DNA of 64,000 nt, from assembly GCA_001643675.2 (NCBI GenBank), contig LSRY02000031.1:682001-746000 (forward strand). The letters are read 5' to 3'. Positions within the stretch are counted from its first letter, which is position 1, and every line of letters starts with the position of its first letter. Shown one piece after another: positions 1-10,785 of the stretch. Under the pieces are notes generated by a model that worked only from the letters and a program-made list of their open reading frames with translations, was not told the DNA's origin and made no database searches. A program made the translations under genes and the position numbers. Source of the DNA: Monocercomonoides exilis PA203. Its lineage: Eukaryota > Protista > Preaxostyla.

Positions 1-3000
1 GATGCAATTCAACCGGCTAACAACAACACATGTGTGCCTTCAAGTGACAATACATTGGATGCTTCAGAGAGACAAAGAAACAATCAACAGCCAAATTCAG
101 TTTCAATTTCAATTTCACAGCCATTGTCTTCCACAGCTTCTCGCTCTCCTTCTTCGCAGCTCATCCAACTTTTGTCTCTTTCTCCTTCTGTTTCTGCTCA
201 GCTATCATCAAACTCCTTTCAGAGAAGACCCAGTTCGCCTGCGTTGTCATTTCCTGCTTCTTCTTTTTATCCTTCTTCTTCTTCTTCTTCTTCAAATTCT
301 TCCTCATCTTCTTCTACTGCTACTGCTGTTCCTATGAATAACACTCTCAACACTTCGACAGTTTCTGCTTCTTCTTCTTCTTCTTCTTCTTCCATTCCAT
401 CATCATCATCTTCATCATCTTTACCTTCTTCTTCTTCTTCTTCTTCTTCTTCTTCTTCTGTTTCATTCACACCTGAATTGCTATCACTCACACACATTCC
501 CACACACCTCCTTCCTCCTTCTCAGGGGCCTCTTTCAACTCCTCTTGGATTGCCATTGAATTCTTCTTCTTCTTCTTCTTCCCTTCTCACTTCGCAATTG
601 CCTCAGCTTTCTGTTCAACCACAACAGATTTCTTCTCTTTCTTCTTCTTCTTCTGCTCCTTCTCTTGTTCCTTTCACTCAAACACAAGCATTTCCATCGC
701 AATCTTCTTCATCTTCTTCTCTTTCTTCTTCTTCTTCTTCTTCTTCTTCAAGGCAGTCTCTTTCAGATCCACTTCACATCTTCAAATTCTCTCCTTCGCC
801 TCCTCCTCATTCGCATTCATCACATCCAGACATTTCATCATCATCTTCTTCATCTTCTTCAACAAATCCTTCCTCTTCCTCCTCCTCTCCCTCTCCTCCT
901 CCTCCTTCTTCTTCTTCCTCTTCCTCTTCTTCCTCTTCTTCTTCCGACCTTCCCTTCGAAGAGCGCCTTCTCAGATGGGGGCAGAACAGAGATGCAGCAA
1001 ATGCGTCGTTGAGAGAGAAGATAAGAGCGAAAGAGATGGAAGAAGCAACATTTCATCCTCATCTTGTGACTGGAAGCAAACAATACAGACAAAAATATGC
1101 AAAGGGGAGAAAAGAAGAGAAGGGGGAAAAGAGGGAAAAGAGGGAAAAGGGAGGAAAAGGAAGGAAAGAAAAGAAGGAGATGAAAGGGAAGAAGGAGAAG
1201 AAGGAGACGAAGAGTACAAGTGAAGATGAAATTGAAGAAGAAGAAGAAGATGATGATGAGGAGGAGGAGGAGGAGGACGAAAAGAATCAATCTCCACAAA
1301 TTTCTCCTTCATCATCATCTTCTTCCTCTTCTTCCTCTTCCTCTTCTTTCTTCACAAAACAACCAATTGTAACTTTTTCTCCAAATGGAACTAAATCAAC
1401 AATTCCACAGTTTTCCACGCCTCAAACAACTTCTTCTTCATCTTCTTCTTTTCCTTCTTCTTCTTCCTCTTCTTCTTCTTCTTCTTCTCTTTCTCCTGCT
1501 CTTTCTGTCTATCTTTCGCAGAATCCATTTGACAGGCTGTCAAAATTTGTGTATCCAAAACAGTGTTTAATGGCACAGACAATGCAGATGACAATAAAAG
1601 GGCAAAATAAACAAGAAAACAGAGAAAACAGAGAAAATCAATATAATCAATATAATCAGGAAAATGAAGAAAACGATGAAAACAATGAAGATGATGAAGA
1701 TGATGAAGATGTGCAGCAATTCCAAAGGATTGAAAGAGGAGGAAGAGGAGAAAGAGGAGGAGGAAGAGAAGGAAGAGGTTATTTGAGCAAAGAGAAAGAA
1801 ACAGAAGATATCGAAAGAAGCAGAAACGCACAAGAAATGTTTCGATTAAACAGAGAAACGCAGCCAAATTGCTTGAAAACGCCTTCAAATGACCCAAATA
1901 CAGGAATGCTGACATCCAGAAGCAATCAATACAACACTTCTTCTTCGTCATCAACATCATCTTCTTCTTCTTTCCCTTCTTCTTCTGCTTCTTCCACATC
2001 ATCTTCTGCTGTTACCCCCCTCTTTGCTCCTGTCCCTCCTTTTGCTACACCTCCTCCTCTTCAACCTCCTCCTCCAAGTTCTTCTTCCTCTTCTTCTTCT
2101 CTTCGCACCATCAATGACTTTGCCTCTTCGCTCCATCTTCCTTCCTCTCTTTTCCCTCCCCCGTTTGTTTCTCCGATTTCTCCTATTTCTCCGAGCTATT
2201 CCACTTTGAGAACACAAACAAACACTGGGAAAGAATACAGACAGCCACAAGAGACAAGAGATGGATATGTTGATGATGATGATGAAGGAGAAAGACGATT
2301 TATTCCTTCTTCTTCTTCTTCTTCTTCTTCTTCTTCTTCTTTTCCTTATTCAGAAACACCTGCAACAGAACCACTGCGAAGAAATGAGCCATTCAATGTA
2401 AGTGACAGCAATGTCAACACAAACACATTTGCGTCCACTTTGAACTCTGACAGAAGCAGTCTAAGACATCAAAGGGGTTTTGGAATGGAAGATATCAATC
2501 AGATTCAACAAGAATCTCAACAACGATCTCAAAAGCAGTTTCAACAGTTTCAACAACAACAGATGAAATCAACACGACGCAGCATAAACGCCAAGACCTC
2601 CAGTTATCTCTCTCAGAACACCCCAAAAACGCCTTTTGGAGCATCACAACAGCAGCAAAATCAGCAAAATCAACAGCAGCAACAGTCAGTGCCTTCAATG
2701 TCCCCTTCATTCCGCTCATTCATTGAGCGGCAGGAGGATGCGCTGCAGCGGCAGATTGCCGAGCGAGAAGCGGAGAAAAGGAAAGAACTGACTGCGAAAC
2801 GAGTGCCAAGCATAAGCAGAGGAAGCCAACGATTGGCAGAAGAGAAAGAATTTCCGGAGTTTAAAGACAGGCTCGATGTGTATGTGTCTGAGTATGCAGC
2901 AGCAAGGAGAGGGTATGAGGAGAGGCTGAAGGAGTGGATGGAGATGGTGGAGAGAGAAAAGAGAGAAAGAGAAAAAGAAGGGGAAAGAGAAGGAGAGAGA

Positions 3001-3792
3001 GAAAGGGGGAAAGAAGAAGAAGAGGAGGAGGAGGAGGAGGAGGAGGAGGAAAAGGAAAGGAAAAGAAGAAATATCGAGAGTGATGAAGAAAACGATGAAA
3101 GCTCCAATGAATATGACAAAGCAGACGAATCAGACGAAGCAGAAGAGGAAGCCAAAACAGAAGCTGCAAGCAATCGCAGACGAAGTCGTGCAAAAACAGG
3201 CAAAGCGATCTCAAAGCGCCTTCGCCCGAGGACAGTTGAGCAGGAGCGCAGCATCACCCCTCCTTCCTTCGCTCTTTCGCGCAGCCGGCGAGCGTCGACT
3301 GTTCAAAGTGACAGCAACATCGATATCAGCGAATATGCAGAGGGAACAGTTGCTCCTTCTCTGCCTCCTTCTCCGCCAGTCCCTCTGCCTCCTTCGTTTG
3401 CGCCCACCATCAACAAAGCGTCCTCTCTCCGCAGTGCGCGTGGGGTGGCTGCGCTGAGCGTGGCAGATGCGCAGCGGCAGGCAGCAGAGCGGGAAAAGGT
3501 GAAGAAACAAGTGGAGGCTGAGGAGAGGAAGGAGATGACGCTCCGGCCGCAAGTGACGCCACTGGGCAGGATGAGCGCGGGGCGGCTGGGCGTGCTGCGC
3601 GATGGGGAGGAGTACATGAGGCATCTGATGGACGAGATGCTGGTGGAGGAAGAGCGGGTGAGGGCGGTGCAGGCGGAGGAAGAGGCGAAGGTGATGAGGG
3701 AGTGCACTTTTGCGCCGGCAGTGAATGCGATGCCGACGTTCCAGAAGTCGATTGCAGAGAGCTTTGCGGTGTCGCGGATGGCGCAGCTGTGA
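1..3792 (+). CDS. Large low-complexity Ser-rich/Glu-Lys-rich protein with recurring (E)xxFxP-type motifs; 5' end probably lies upstream of the window
   Basis: Frame is open from base 1 (DAIQPANNNTCVPSS...) to TGA at 3790-3792. It has poly-Ser (TCT)n tracts, charged coiled-coil segments and motifs EEATFHPHL, PSFAPTIN, EMTLRPQV, ECTFAPAVN. Confidence 0.75.
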   Translation, partial: DAIQPANNNTCVPSSDNTLDASERQRNNQQPNSVSISISQPLSSTASRSPSSQLIQLLSLSPSVSAQLSSNSFQRRPSSPALSFPASSFYPSSSSSSSNSSSSSSTATAVPMNNTLNTSTVSASSSSSSSSIPSSSSSSSLPSSSSSSSSSSSVSFTPELLSLTHIPTHLLPPSQGPLSTPLGLPLNSSSSSSSLLTSQLPQLSVQPQQISSLSSSSSAPSLVPFTQTQAFPSQSSSSSSLSSSSSSSSSRQSLSDPLHIFKFSPSPPPHSHSSHPDISSSSSSSSSTNPSSSSSSPSPPPPSSSSSSSSSSSSSDLPFEERLLRWGQNRDAANASLREKIRAKEMEEATFHPHLVTGSKQYRQKYAKGRKEEKGEKREKREKGGKGRKEKKEMKGKKEKKETKSTSEDEIEEEEEDDDEEEEEEDEKNQSPQISPSSSSSSSSSSSSSFFTKQPIVTFSPNGTKSTIPQFSTPQTTSSSSSSFPSSSSSSSSSSSLSPALSVYLSQNPFDRLSKFVYPKQCLMAQTMQMTIKGQNKQENRENRENQYNQYNQENEENDENNEDDEDDEDVQQFQRIERGGRGERGGGREGRGYLSKEKETEDIERSRNAQEMFRLNRETQPNCLKTPSNDPNTGMLTSRSNQYNTSSSSSTSSSSSFPSSSASSTSSSAVTPLFAPVPPFATPPPLQPPPPSSSSSSSSLRTINDFASSLHLPSSLFPPPFVSPISPISPSYSTLRTQTNTGKEYRQPQETRDGYVDDDDEGERRFIPSSSSSSSSSSSFPYSETPATEPLRRNEPFNVSDSNVNTNTFASTLNSDRSSLRHQRGFGMEDINQIQQESQQRSQKQFQQFQQQQMKSTRRSINAKTSSYLSQNTPKTPFGASQQQQNQQNQQQQQSVPSMSPSFRSFIERQEDALQRQIAEREAEKRKELTAKRVPSISRGSQRLAEEKEFPEFKDRLDVYVSEYAAARRGYEERLKEWMEMVEREKREREKEGEREGERERGKEEEEEEEEEEEEEKERKRRNIESDEENDESSNEYDKADESDEAEEEAKTEAASNRRRSRAKTGKAISKRLRPRTVEQERSITPPSFALSRSRRASTVQSDSNIDISEYAEGTVAPSLPPSPPVPLPPSFAPTINKASSLRSARGVAALSVADAQRQAAEREKVKKQVEAEERKEMTLRPQVTPLGRMSAGRLGVLRDGEEYMRHLMDEMLVEEERVRAVQAEEEAKVMRECTFAPAVNAMPTFQKSIAESFAVSRMAQL

Positions 3793-4585
3793 GCGGCTTG
3801 GGATGGAGAAACAGAGGCGTAGAGGAGGAAGAAGAGGATGGATAAGAAGAATAGAGGAAGAGGAAGAAGGGAAGAGGAGAGGAGGAGAAGAAAAGAGAAT
3901 GAGAGAAAGAATTTAACAGTGAAAAATGAAAAAGGATGAAGAGAGGGAGTATGTGTGTCATTTAAATGTTTTCATTAAGAAGGGAAAAAGAGAAAAAGTT
4001 CAAGTAAAGAATTATTCGGTGTAGTTTATATTTGATTTCGTCTTGAAGAGAAAAGGATATTTGAAGTGTGAAATGAACTGGAGTGAATGCAACATGAATG
4101 GCGTTGTTGTGCTAAATGAAATGGTGAAGTTTGGTTCAGAAATTAATACACACTATGTATTTGGAAACATTCTTTTCAGCAATAAGCCTCATAATTTTTA
4201 TTTTGTTTTTAATTTTTAATTATTTAATTCTATTAACACGTTTTGTGATCTTATTAATTTTGTTAGAAAATAAAAGCGAGAAAGTGCTCTTTTTCCTTAT
4301 GATCGGTAACATTCAAAGCAAAAATTTGTTGTTCTCTCTCCTTCTTTCAAAATTAATATCAATCGATTTTTTTTTTTTTTTCTCCATTTTCTTTATTGAT
4401 ATTTTTATTCAAAGATAGCTAATATATCATTTATTAACTCTACAGTTTTTAATGATTATTGAATTTTGAAAAAACAAAAACTTATAAGTCACGAAAAATT
4501 TAAATTTTTATTTTTAAACGTGGTGAAACCACGATGAAGCTGAAATGAAGAAATGAATTAATAAGACATTTTTTGAAAAAGAAAG

Positions 4586-4903
4586 TTATGCTCCAAAGCC
4601 ATAAAGTGTTCTTCCTTGGCGTTTAAGTGAGTAGACAATATCCATAGCGGTAACTGTCTTCCTTCTGGCATGTTCTGTGTAAGTCACAGCATCACGAATG
4701 ATTCCTTCAAGGAACATTTTCAAGATGATTCTTGTTTCATCATAGATAAGGTTGGAGATTCTTTTCACGCCTCCTCTGCGGGCAAGACGACGGATGGCTG
4801 GTTTTGTAATTCCTTGGATGTTATCACGAAGCTTGCGATATCCCTTTGCTCCGGTTTTTCCAATACCTTTTCCTCCTTTTCCACCTTTTCCACGTCCAGA
4901 CAT
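4586..4903 (-). CDS. H4: Histone H4 with divergent N-terminal tail
   Basis: MSGRGKGGK...[25 protein letters not shown]...[34 protein letters not shown]; intronless; TAA stop. Confidence 0.98.
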   Translation of the reverse strand: MSGRGKGGKGGKGIGKTGAKGYRKLRDNIQGITKPAIRRLARRGGVKRISNLIYDETRIILKMFLEGIIRDAVTYTEHARRKTVTAMDIVYSLKRQGRTLYGFGA

Positions 4904-5069
4904 ATTTTATATATTAGATTTAAGATAAATAATCAATAAAGCTAAAACAACTTTATTTCTATTTATATTTCATAAAATGCGCCCATAACCTTCAAAGAGG
5001 ACAGTGACCATAATAAATTCACGATTTTTGTTTTGTTGTGGGCAAAGGTTTGATCAAACATAAAACAAA
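4904..5069. promoter_or_regulatory. Putative bidirectional promoter between H4 and proteasome alpha-2
   Basis: 166 bp between two divergent ATGs (4903 on minus, 5070 on plus). Confidence 0.55.
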
Positions 5070-6083
5070 ATGGACGACGGAAGTTATGCATATTCATTGA
5101 CAACATTTTCTCCAACTGGAAAGCTTGTACAAATAGAATATGCTTTGGAAGCTGTTAATCACGGAACTACTGCATTGGGAATTAAAGGTTTTTAATTTTC
5201 TATATTTCAATACAATGGCAATATATGTTTCAACAAATTCTAAAATGTTTCTTTCTAGCAACAAATGGCGTGGTGATAGCAACTGCAAAGAAGAATGCTC
5301 CACTTATTGATGAAACTAGCATCGAAAGAATTTCAAAAATTTCGGAGAATGTTGGATGCGTCTTCTCAGGTTTATCTCCAGATTATAGGGTGGTCGTTAA
5401 AAAGGCAAGAAAGGAGGCCGAGAAATACAAGTTAAAATTTGGGGTAAGTTTCTTTGTATATTTATTTTCAAATATGAATATTCAAATCATTCAGGAAGAA
5501 GCTTCTGTTTTGACAATATCAACTTACATCGGATCTCTAATGCAAGATTACACTCAGGCTGGGTTTGCTTGTGGATATTTCTTCAAATGACTTAGTTTAT
5601 ATACATTTTCTTTTTCAAAAAAAAATTTTTTTTGAATTAGTGGTGTGAGACCGATGGGTTGCTCGCTTTTAGTAGCTGGATACAATGAAGCAACAAAGCA
5701 ACCAGATTTGTATCAAATTGATCCAAGTGGATCGTATTGGTCATGGAAAGCAACTGGAATTGGGAAAGATTCTCAAACAACGAAGCAATTTCTGGAAAAA
5801 AGGTTTGGCCATTGATATTTGTGGTTTAATGTTCAGTTCTTATTCATGTTAATTGAAATTGAATTTTTTGTATTTCTTTAATTGATCCAGATATCGAGCT
5901 GATTCCGAATTAGATGATGCGATACACACTGCTATCTTAACTATCAAAGAAAGTTATGACGGAATACTAACGGAGAAAGGGATTGATGTTGGAATTGTTG
6001 GAATTGGAGAAGATGGGAAAATGATCCATTTTAAAACTCTCTCTGAAGAAGAAATTAAACAGTATATGCAAGAAAATGAATAA
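5070..6083 (+). CDS. PSMA2: 20S proteasome subunit alpha type-2 (5 exons, 4 GT-AG introns; first intron 5188..5258)
   Basis: Manual splice: [29 protein letters not shown]...GIK|ATNGVVIA...[17 protein letters not shown]...|...MQDYTQAG|[13 protein letters not shown]...[20 protein letters not shown]...FLEKR|Y...[16 protein letters not shown]...; TAA at 6081-6083. Confidence 0.93.
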
Positions 6084-6504
6084 AAATTAATAATTTTGCA
6101 ATTTCGAAGAAGAAATTTTGGTGAAAAGAATTATTGAATGAAACGAAAATTTCGACAAAGAAAAAATTCTCATTCTCAACAAAAGTTATTAATTGTTCTT
6201 GCTCTTATTTTGATTCAGCGTTTTAATTTCTCATTTCATTTCCTCTGCCAAAAAAATTAATTAATGAAGTTCAATGACTATGACTTATTAAACCATCAAT
6301 TATGATAAAAGTGAAAAAGATTATGATTAGAGAGAAATTTCATGAAACTTTACCAGTTATTTAATCTTCATTTATTCGCAGTATCATCTATTCATATGGA
6401 AGTTTTGAGACTTTAACCAACTTATTTTCCCCAACATTTTTGCGCCTTTGAAGGATTGATGTTTGTTCAGAGCCAGTAATATAATTTTTCTTTTTCTTTA
6501 AAAC

Positions 6505-6506
<2 letters not shown>

Positions 6507-6567
<61 letters not shown>
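6507..6567. repeat. Poly(T) tract, about 61 nt
   Basis: Uninterrupted T run. Confidence 0.9.
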
Positions 6568-6568
<1 letters not shown>

Positions 6569-7223
6569 TCTGTTTTTCAATTTTATTTTTTTATAGTTGT
6601 TGTTGTTGCAGTTTTTAAAAATTTATTTTTTGATTTCTTTTTTTTCTCACTGTGTGTGATAATTTTATATATAATCACTTTTTTCAGATTGCTAATTCCT
6701 ATCTGTTTTATTCTTTGGAGAGGAAATTATCATTCAAATGAAAAATGCAAAATGACTGTTCAAAAAGTCAATGTTCAAAATAAGTTTCAAGAATGAAGTC
6801 GTTTGAAAAAAGTTTTATCTTTTCTTCGTTCACTAGAAAATTCTCAAAGTCAAAATTCAAAATGAATTTTTGGATGGAAAAAATACGGATACAAAATAAT
6901 CACACAAAACAAATAAGGAGTATATTGGTATTTTTTGTTCGCATTGAAGGGTTTGTAAAAAAACTATGTTTAATCGAACATATGAAACATAAAATATGAC
7001 ATTAGGCATTTTTATTGAAAAATAATGAACTTTTCTTTGACTTTTTGTGATTAAAATAATTTTAATTAGTATGTTTATATTTTGAAATACGTTTGATGTC
7101 GCAAAACAAAAAGTTATTTTATCAATGATGTTTGTTTACAGATGTGAAAATCAAAATTTTTTTAAATTCTGGCAATATTAAAAAAATGTAATAAGTGTGA
7201 CAATTTTTTCATGCATTGTGCAT

Positions 7224-7275
7224 AAAAAAAAAAAAAAAAAAAAAAAATAAAAAAAAAAAAAAAAAAAAAAAAAAA
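7224..7275. repeat. Poly(A) tract, about 52 nt with one interruption
   Basis: A run containing a single T. Confidence 0.9.
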
Positions 7276-7613
7276 GATTGAAATTTCATATTTTCTCCAA
7301 TATGATATTGTTTCCTCCTTCCACACATATTACACTAGTAATTTTTAAGGAAAACTTCCTTTTGAAATTTATTCTAATTAGAAAAAGTTTTGTATTTATT
7401 GTTTCAATTCTCTGTTCCAACTCATCAAATTTATTTTGAAAGAAAGAAAAAAAGAAAAAGACAATAAAATCATATCCTTTCAGATTAATGTGTGTGCACG
7501 AAAATAAAAACTTGAAAGAAATATGTTATTTATTTTCTAACCAAAAGCAGAAAAATAAAGAATTTTTTTTTTTTGAAACAAACCTTCAGAAAATTATTTA
7601 TGTATATGTCTTA

Positions 7614-7838
7614 TTTTTTTGAAAAGTTTCTTTTGTTTAATTTTCAAATAGAACGAAAATTTCATATTTCGATCAAATTTCTGTTACCACTCACCAAATT
7701 TCTCTGTTCCAAAAACAAAATCTTGACATTGGCATTATTTCAATTTTTGTGAAGTTTCGTAAGTGGGAACAGAAATTTGATCAAAATATGAAATTTTTAT
7801 TCTTTTTGAAAATTAAACAAAAGGAACTTTTCAAAAAA
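7614..7838. mobile_element. Foldback/MITE-like palindrome, family 1, copy 1 (arms about 85 bp, spacer about 50 bp)
   Basis: Left arm TTTTTTGAAAAGTTTCTTTTGTTTAATTTTCAAA...GATCAAATTTCTGTTACCACTCACCAAATTTC matches the reverse complement of about 7752-7838 with few mismatches. Confidence 0.75.
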
Positions 7839-8576
7839 TTTTGCCAAATATATTATCAACATGAATTATTTTATATTCTGTTTTGAAAGATGACTTAAAA
7901 ATACTGTTCACCAGAAAAAATATTCATTGAAAAATACTTATTTTGTTCCATTTGGTTTATTGAGGAAAAAAATCCTTGAAAAATGTTAATTCACAAAAAC
8001 CTTCAAAAATATCGAACGGAAAAAGAAATGAGATTCTTGAAAAACATATTTGTGATGTTCAAAAAAATTTAGACATATTATTTCTTGATAAAACAAAAAA
8101 CTGAAAATTTGTGGCATCAATAAACATTAATAAAAATACACATCAAAATTAAAAACCAAAAAAATGAGAAATATATAAATAATTATAATATGGTATAAAA
8201 ATTTCATCCAGACCTTTTTTTATCAAGACTTTTTTTTTCTGTTTTATCATTATCTTTTCCCACAATTTCATCTTTTGAAAGAATTTTTTGTATATATATG
8301 AATTCAACAGATTATAATTAACACATTTTGAAACAAACCCAATTTATCATGGGGGGAGCAAGGGGGGTAAGGCTCCTTCATTGAACTTCTGTGTGGAATT
8401 GGATGGTTCCATGGGGCAAAAAACCTTCAGTTTGTTTTGAATGTTATTTTTCGAATTTTTTTTAATTTCATTTCCATAAAAAAACTAAAAATTTTATTAT
8501 CTTAATAAAATAATAAAAAAAATTAAAATCAACAGAAACAAAATTAAAAGATGGTCAGAAAAAATTACAGAGAGCA

Positions 8577-10113
8577 ATGTCTTCGCACAAGTACAGGAAA
8601 TACCACAGTCGGCTGGAGCGAATAGCTCACATCGTTGTTGATGGAGTTGTTCACAAAACGGATGCTATTAATTCCAAACAATTCAGCCGTACAGGAATAA
8701 AGAACGCAGTTAGAGTACTGAGAAAAGGAAGGCAGGTTGGAAAAATTGGCAGGCCTGCAGCAGTAGTTGGAGAAAAGGAACAAAGAGTTTTGGACATTAT
8801 TCACATTGAAGCAAAGTCTTGAACATGACTAACTTTGAAAAAAACATGATAATTGGTTTGTTTTATTTTTTTTTTTATTTGTTTTATTCATTTGTTTTTC
8901 AGATTGAAAATGTTTCAAACGACAACTATGAGGAAGATGCGCCATTTGCCGAAGTTTTTTTATCTGGGCATATGGCCTTGATAAGCATCATCCAGGGCTG
9001 AAGACTGGAACGCAGAGAATTTGCACATCAACCGACTGGCTGTTTCATACAGAAGCGTTTCAAAACCCTGGTATAAAACACTCGACAAGCTGCACGAAAA
9101 ATACCGTTCCTATCTAGCTTTAAAGTATTAACATCGACGAATCTTTAACGCGCGTTTTAACAGATTCAAAACGAATTGCAATGCACACAGCAGATATAAA
9201 AGCAGGTTTCACGAAAGAACCACCAAGAATGATTAATTCTTCATTCGTGGCAGCTTAGGCAGCGGACGGATATGCCTTTCAATCTATCATTTTGTGGCCA
9301 AGTGTCAACCTGCCAGATGAGCTGAAATGCCTATTATCTCCAACGCTTGAGATATGGGCAAATGGAAGCGGCAGAATGGGCAACGAGTGCATTTAAAGGG
9401 ATGCTCTCACCGTTCTTCTTCCTTCTGTCATCGATAGAAGAAAGCACATGTCACTTGAAAACGAACACATTCTTCTCCTTCTTGATTCGCATGCATCTCG
9501 CGCAGATCCATTGATCTGGAGAGAATTCCAAAAACAACAAGTCAATGCTCTAACCTTCGTGCCACACAGCACACACCTCTGTCAACCACTGGACAGAGGA
9601 GTGTTTGCTGTGTTCAAATCGGAACTGATAAACAGATTTGAGGCTCCATCTTCTTCTTCATCTTCATCCAAACGAGCAGCAATTTCCGACGTTCTGCTCC
9701 AAGCCATCCGCACAGCATTATCTCCTTCTGTGATTCAGAAAGCTTTTGTCTGCAGTGGTGTTCTTCACAATTCTTCTGGTCCAGTTCTTTTGAAACTGCC
9801 CGAATCTTCGATTTACCCTCTTCCATCCCGAAGAAATAGATTCAACTTTTATGGAAAAGTGATAACCGACGAAAATCTTTTTGAGAAATGGGAAAATCAT
9901 TTGAAAATGAATATTGAAAGGAAAAATGAAATGGATGAAAAGGAGAAAGATGAAGTGAAGACTGTTGTGGATGAAAAGAAAAAAATAAAAAGAAGATTAC
10001 TTCACGTCAAAAACGATGATTCAGATGATGTGATGAAAAATAATTCATTAAATCGAGCTGAAGGAAAAAGGAAAGTTATCAGAAAAATTAATTCTGATTT
10101 TGTTTTTTTTTAA
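8577..10113 (+). pseudogene. Decayed pogo-superfamily (DDE_1, DD35D) transposase, copy 1
   Basis: N-terminal HTH-like segment with GRP; catalytic motifs NIDES, LLLLDSHASR and PHSTHLCQPLDRGVF, with 35 aa between the last two Asp; in-frame stops and frameshifts at 8820-9440; probable intron around 8856-8902. Confidence 0.85.
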
Positions 10114-10785
10114 TAATGTTGTTTTTTGAATTTTGTTCAATGCAATAATGTCATATATTTTTCTCATTTTTTTTAATTTTTTTTTTAATATTTTTTGCAT
10201 AAGAACATTAGATTTATAATGATACGATTATTGAAAAAGTTTGGTCAATTCGTTGTTTGTTTCATAAATAAAAGAGTTTATTCCATATTTAATGAATAAA
10301 CATTATAAAAAAATGTTGGGGAAATAAAAATTGAAAAATGAAACATTGAAATAATTATATAGAAATAATTGAAATCACTCGGCCATTCAAAATGAATATA
10401 ATTTCATGAAACTTTAAATGAGCTTTAAAGAATCACTAGCCATCTCATTAAGAGTGATAATTCAATTGAGACATACGATTACGAGCAAAATGTTCTCGTA
10501 TACCTTGAAAATAAATTGAAATAAAACAAAATCTGTAAAAAGAGTTGTTGAACAACGTGTTAAAAAAACAACAAAATAGCTTAAAAAAATCTGAAATTAT
10601 CAAAATGTATTTTCTTTAGGCTATTTGCACAAAAGAATACACTAACACTTGCGCACACAACACAAACACACAAAAGCTTACATACACATATTCCTAAAAT
10701 ACAAAACGCTTTAAATATTTAGGAATAGCATTCAAAAAAACAAGAATATTGTTTTGAATTTTCAAAAAATTTATTGTTTTTGAGT

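Noticed and set aside
2-3961. Many Leu/Phe- or Glu/Arg-rich ORFs overlapping the first gene
   Set aside because: Alternative frames of (TCT)n and (GAA)n tracts.
8140-10190. Terminal inverted repeats for pogo copy 1 (AAAAAAATGAGAAA…ATATAT near 8158 and 10151-10175)
   Set aside because: Too low in complexity, and unlike the TAGGGTG termini of copy 2.
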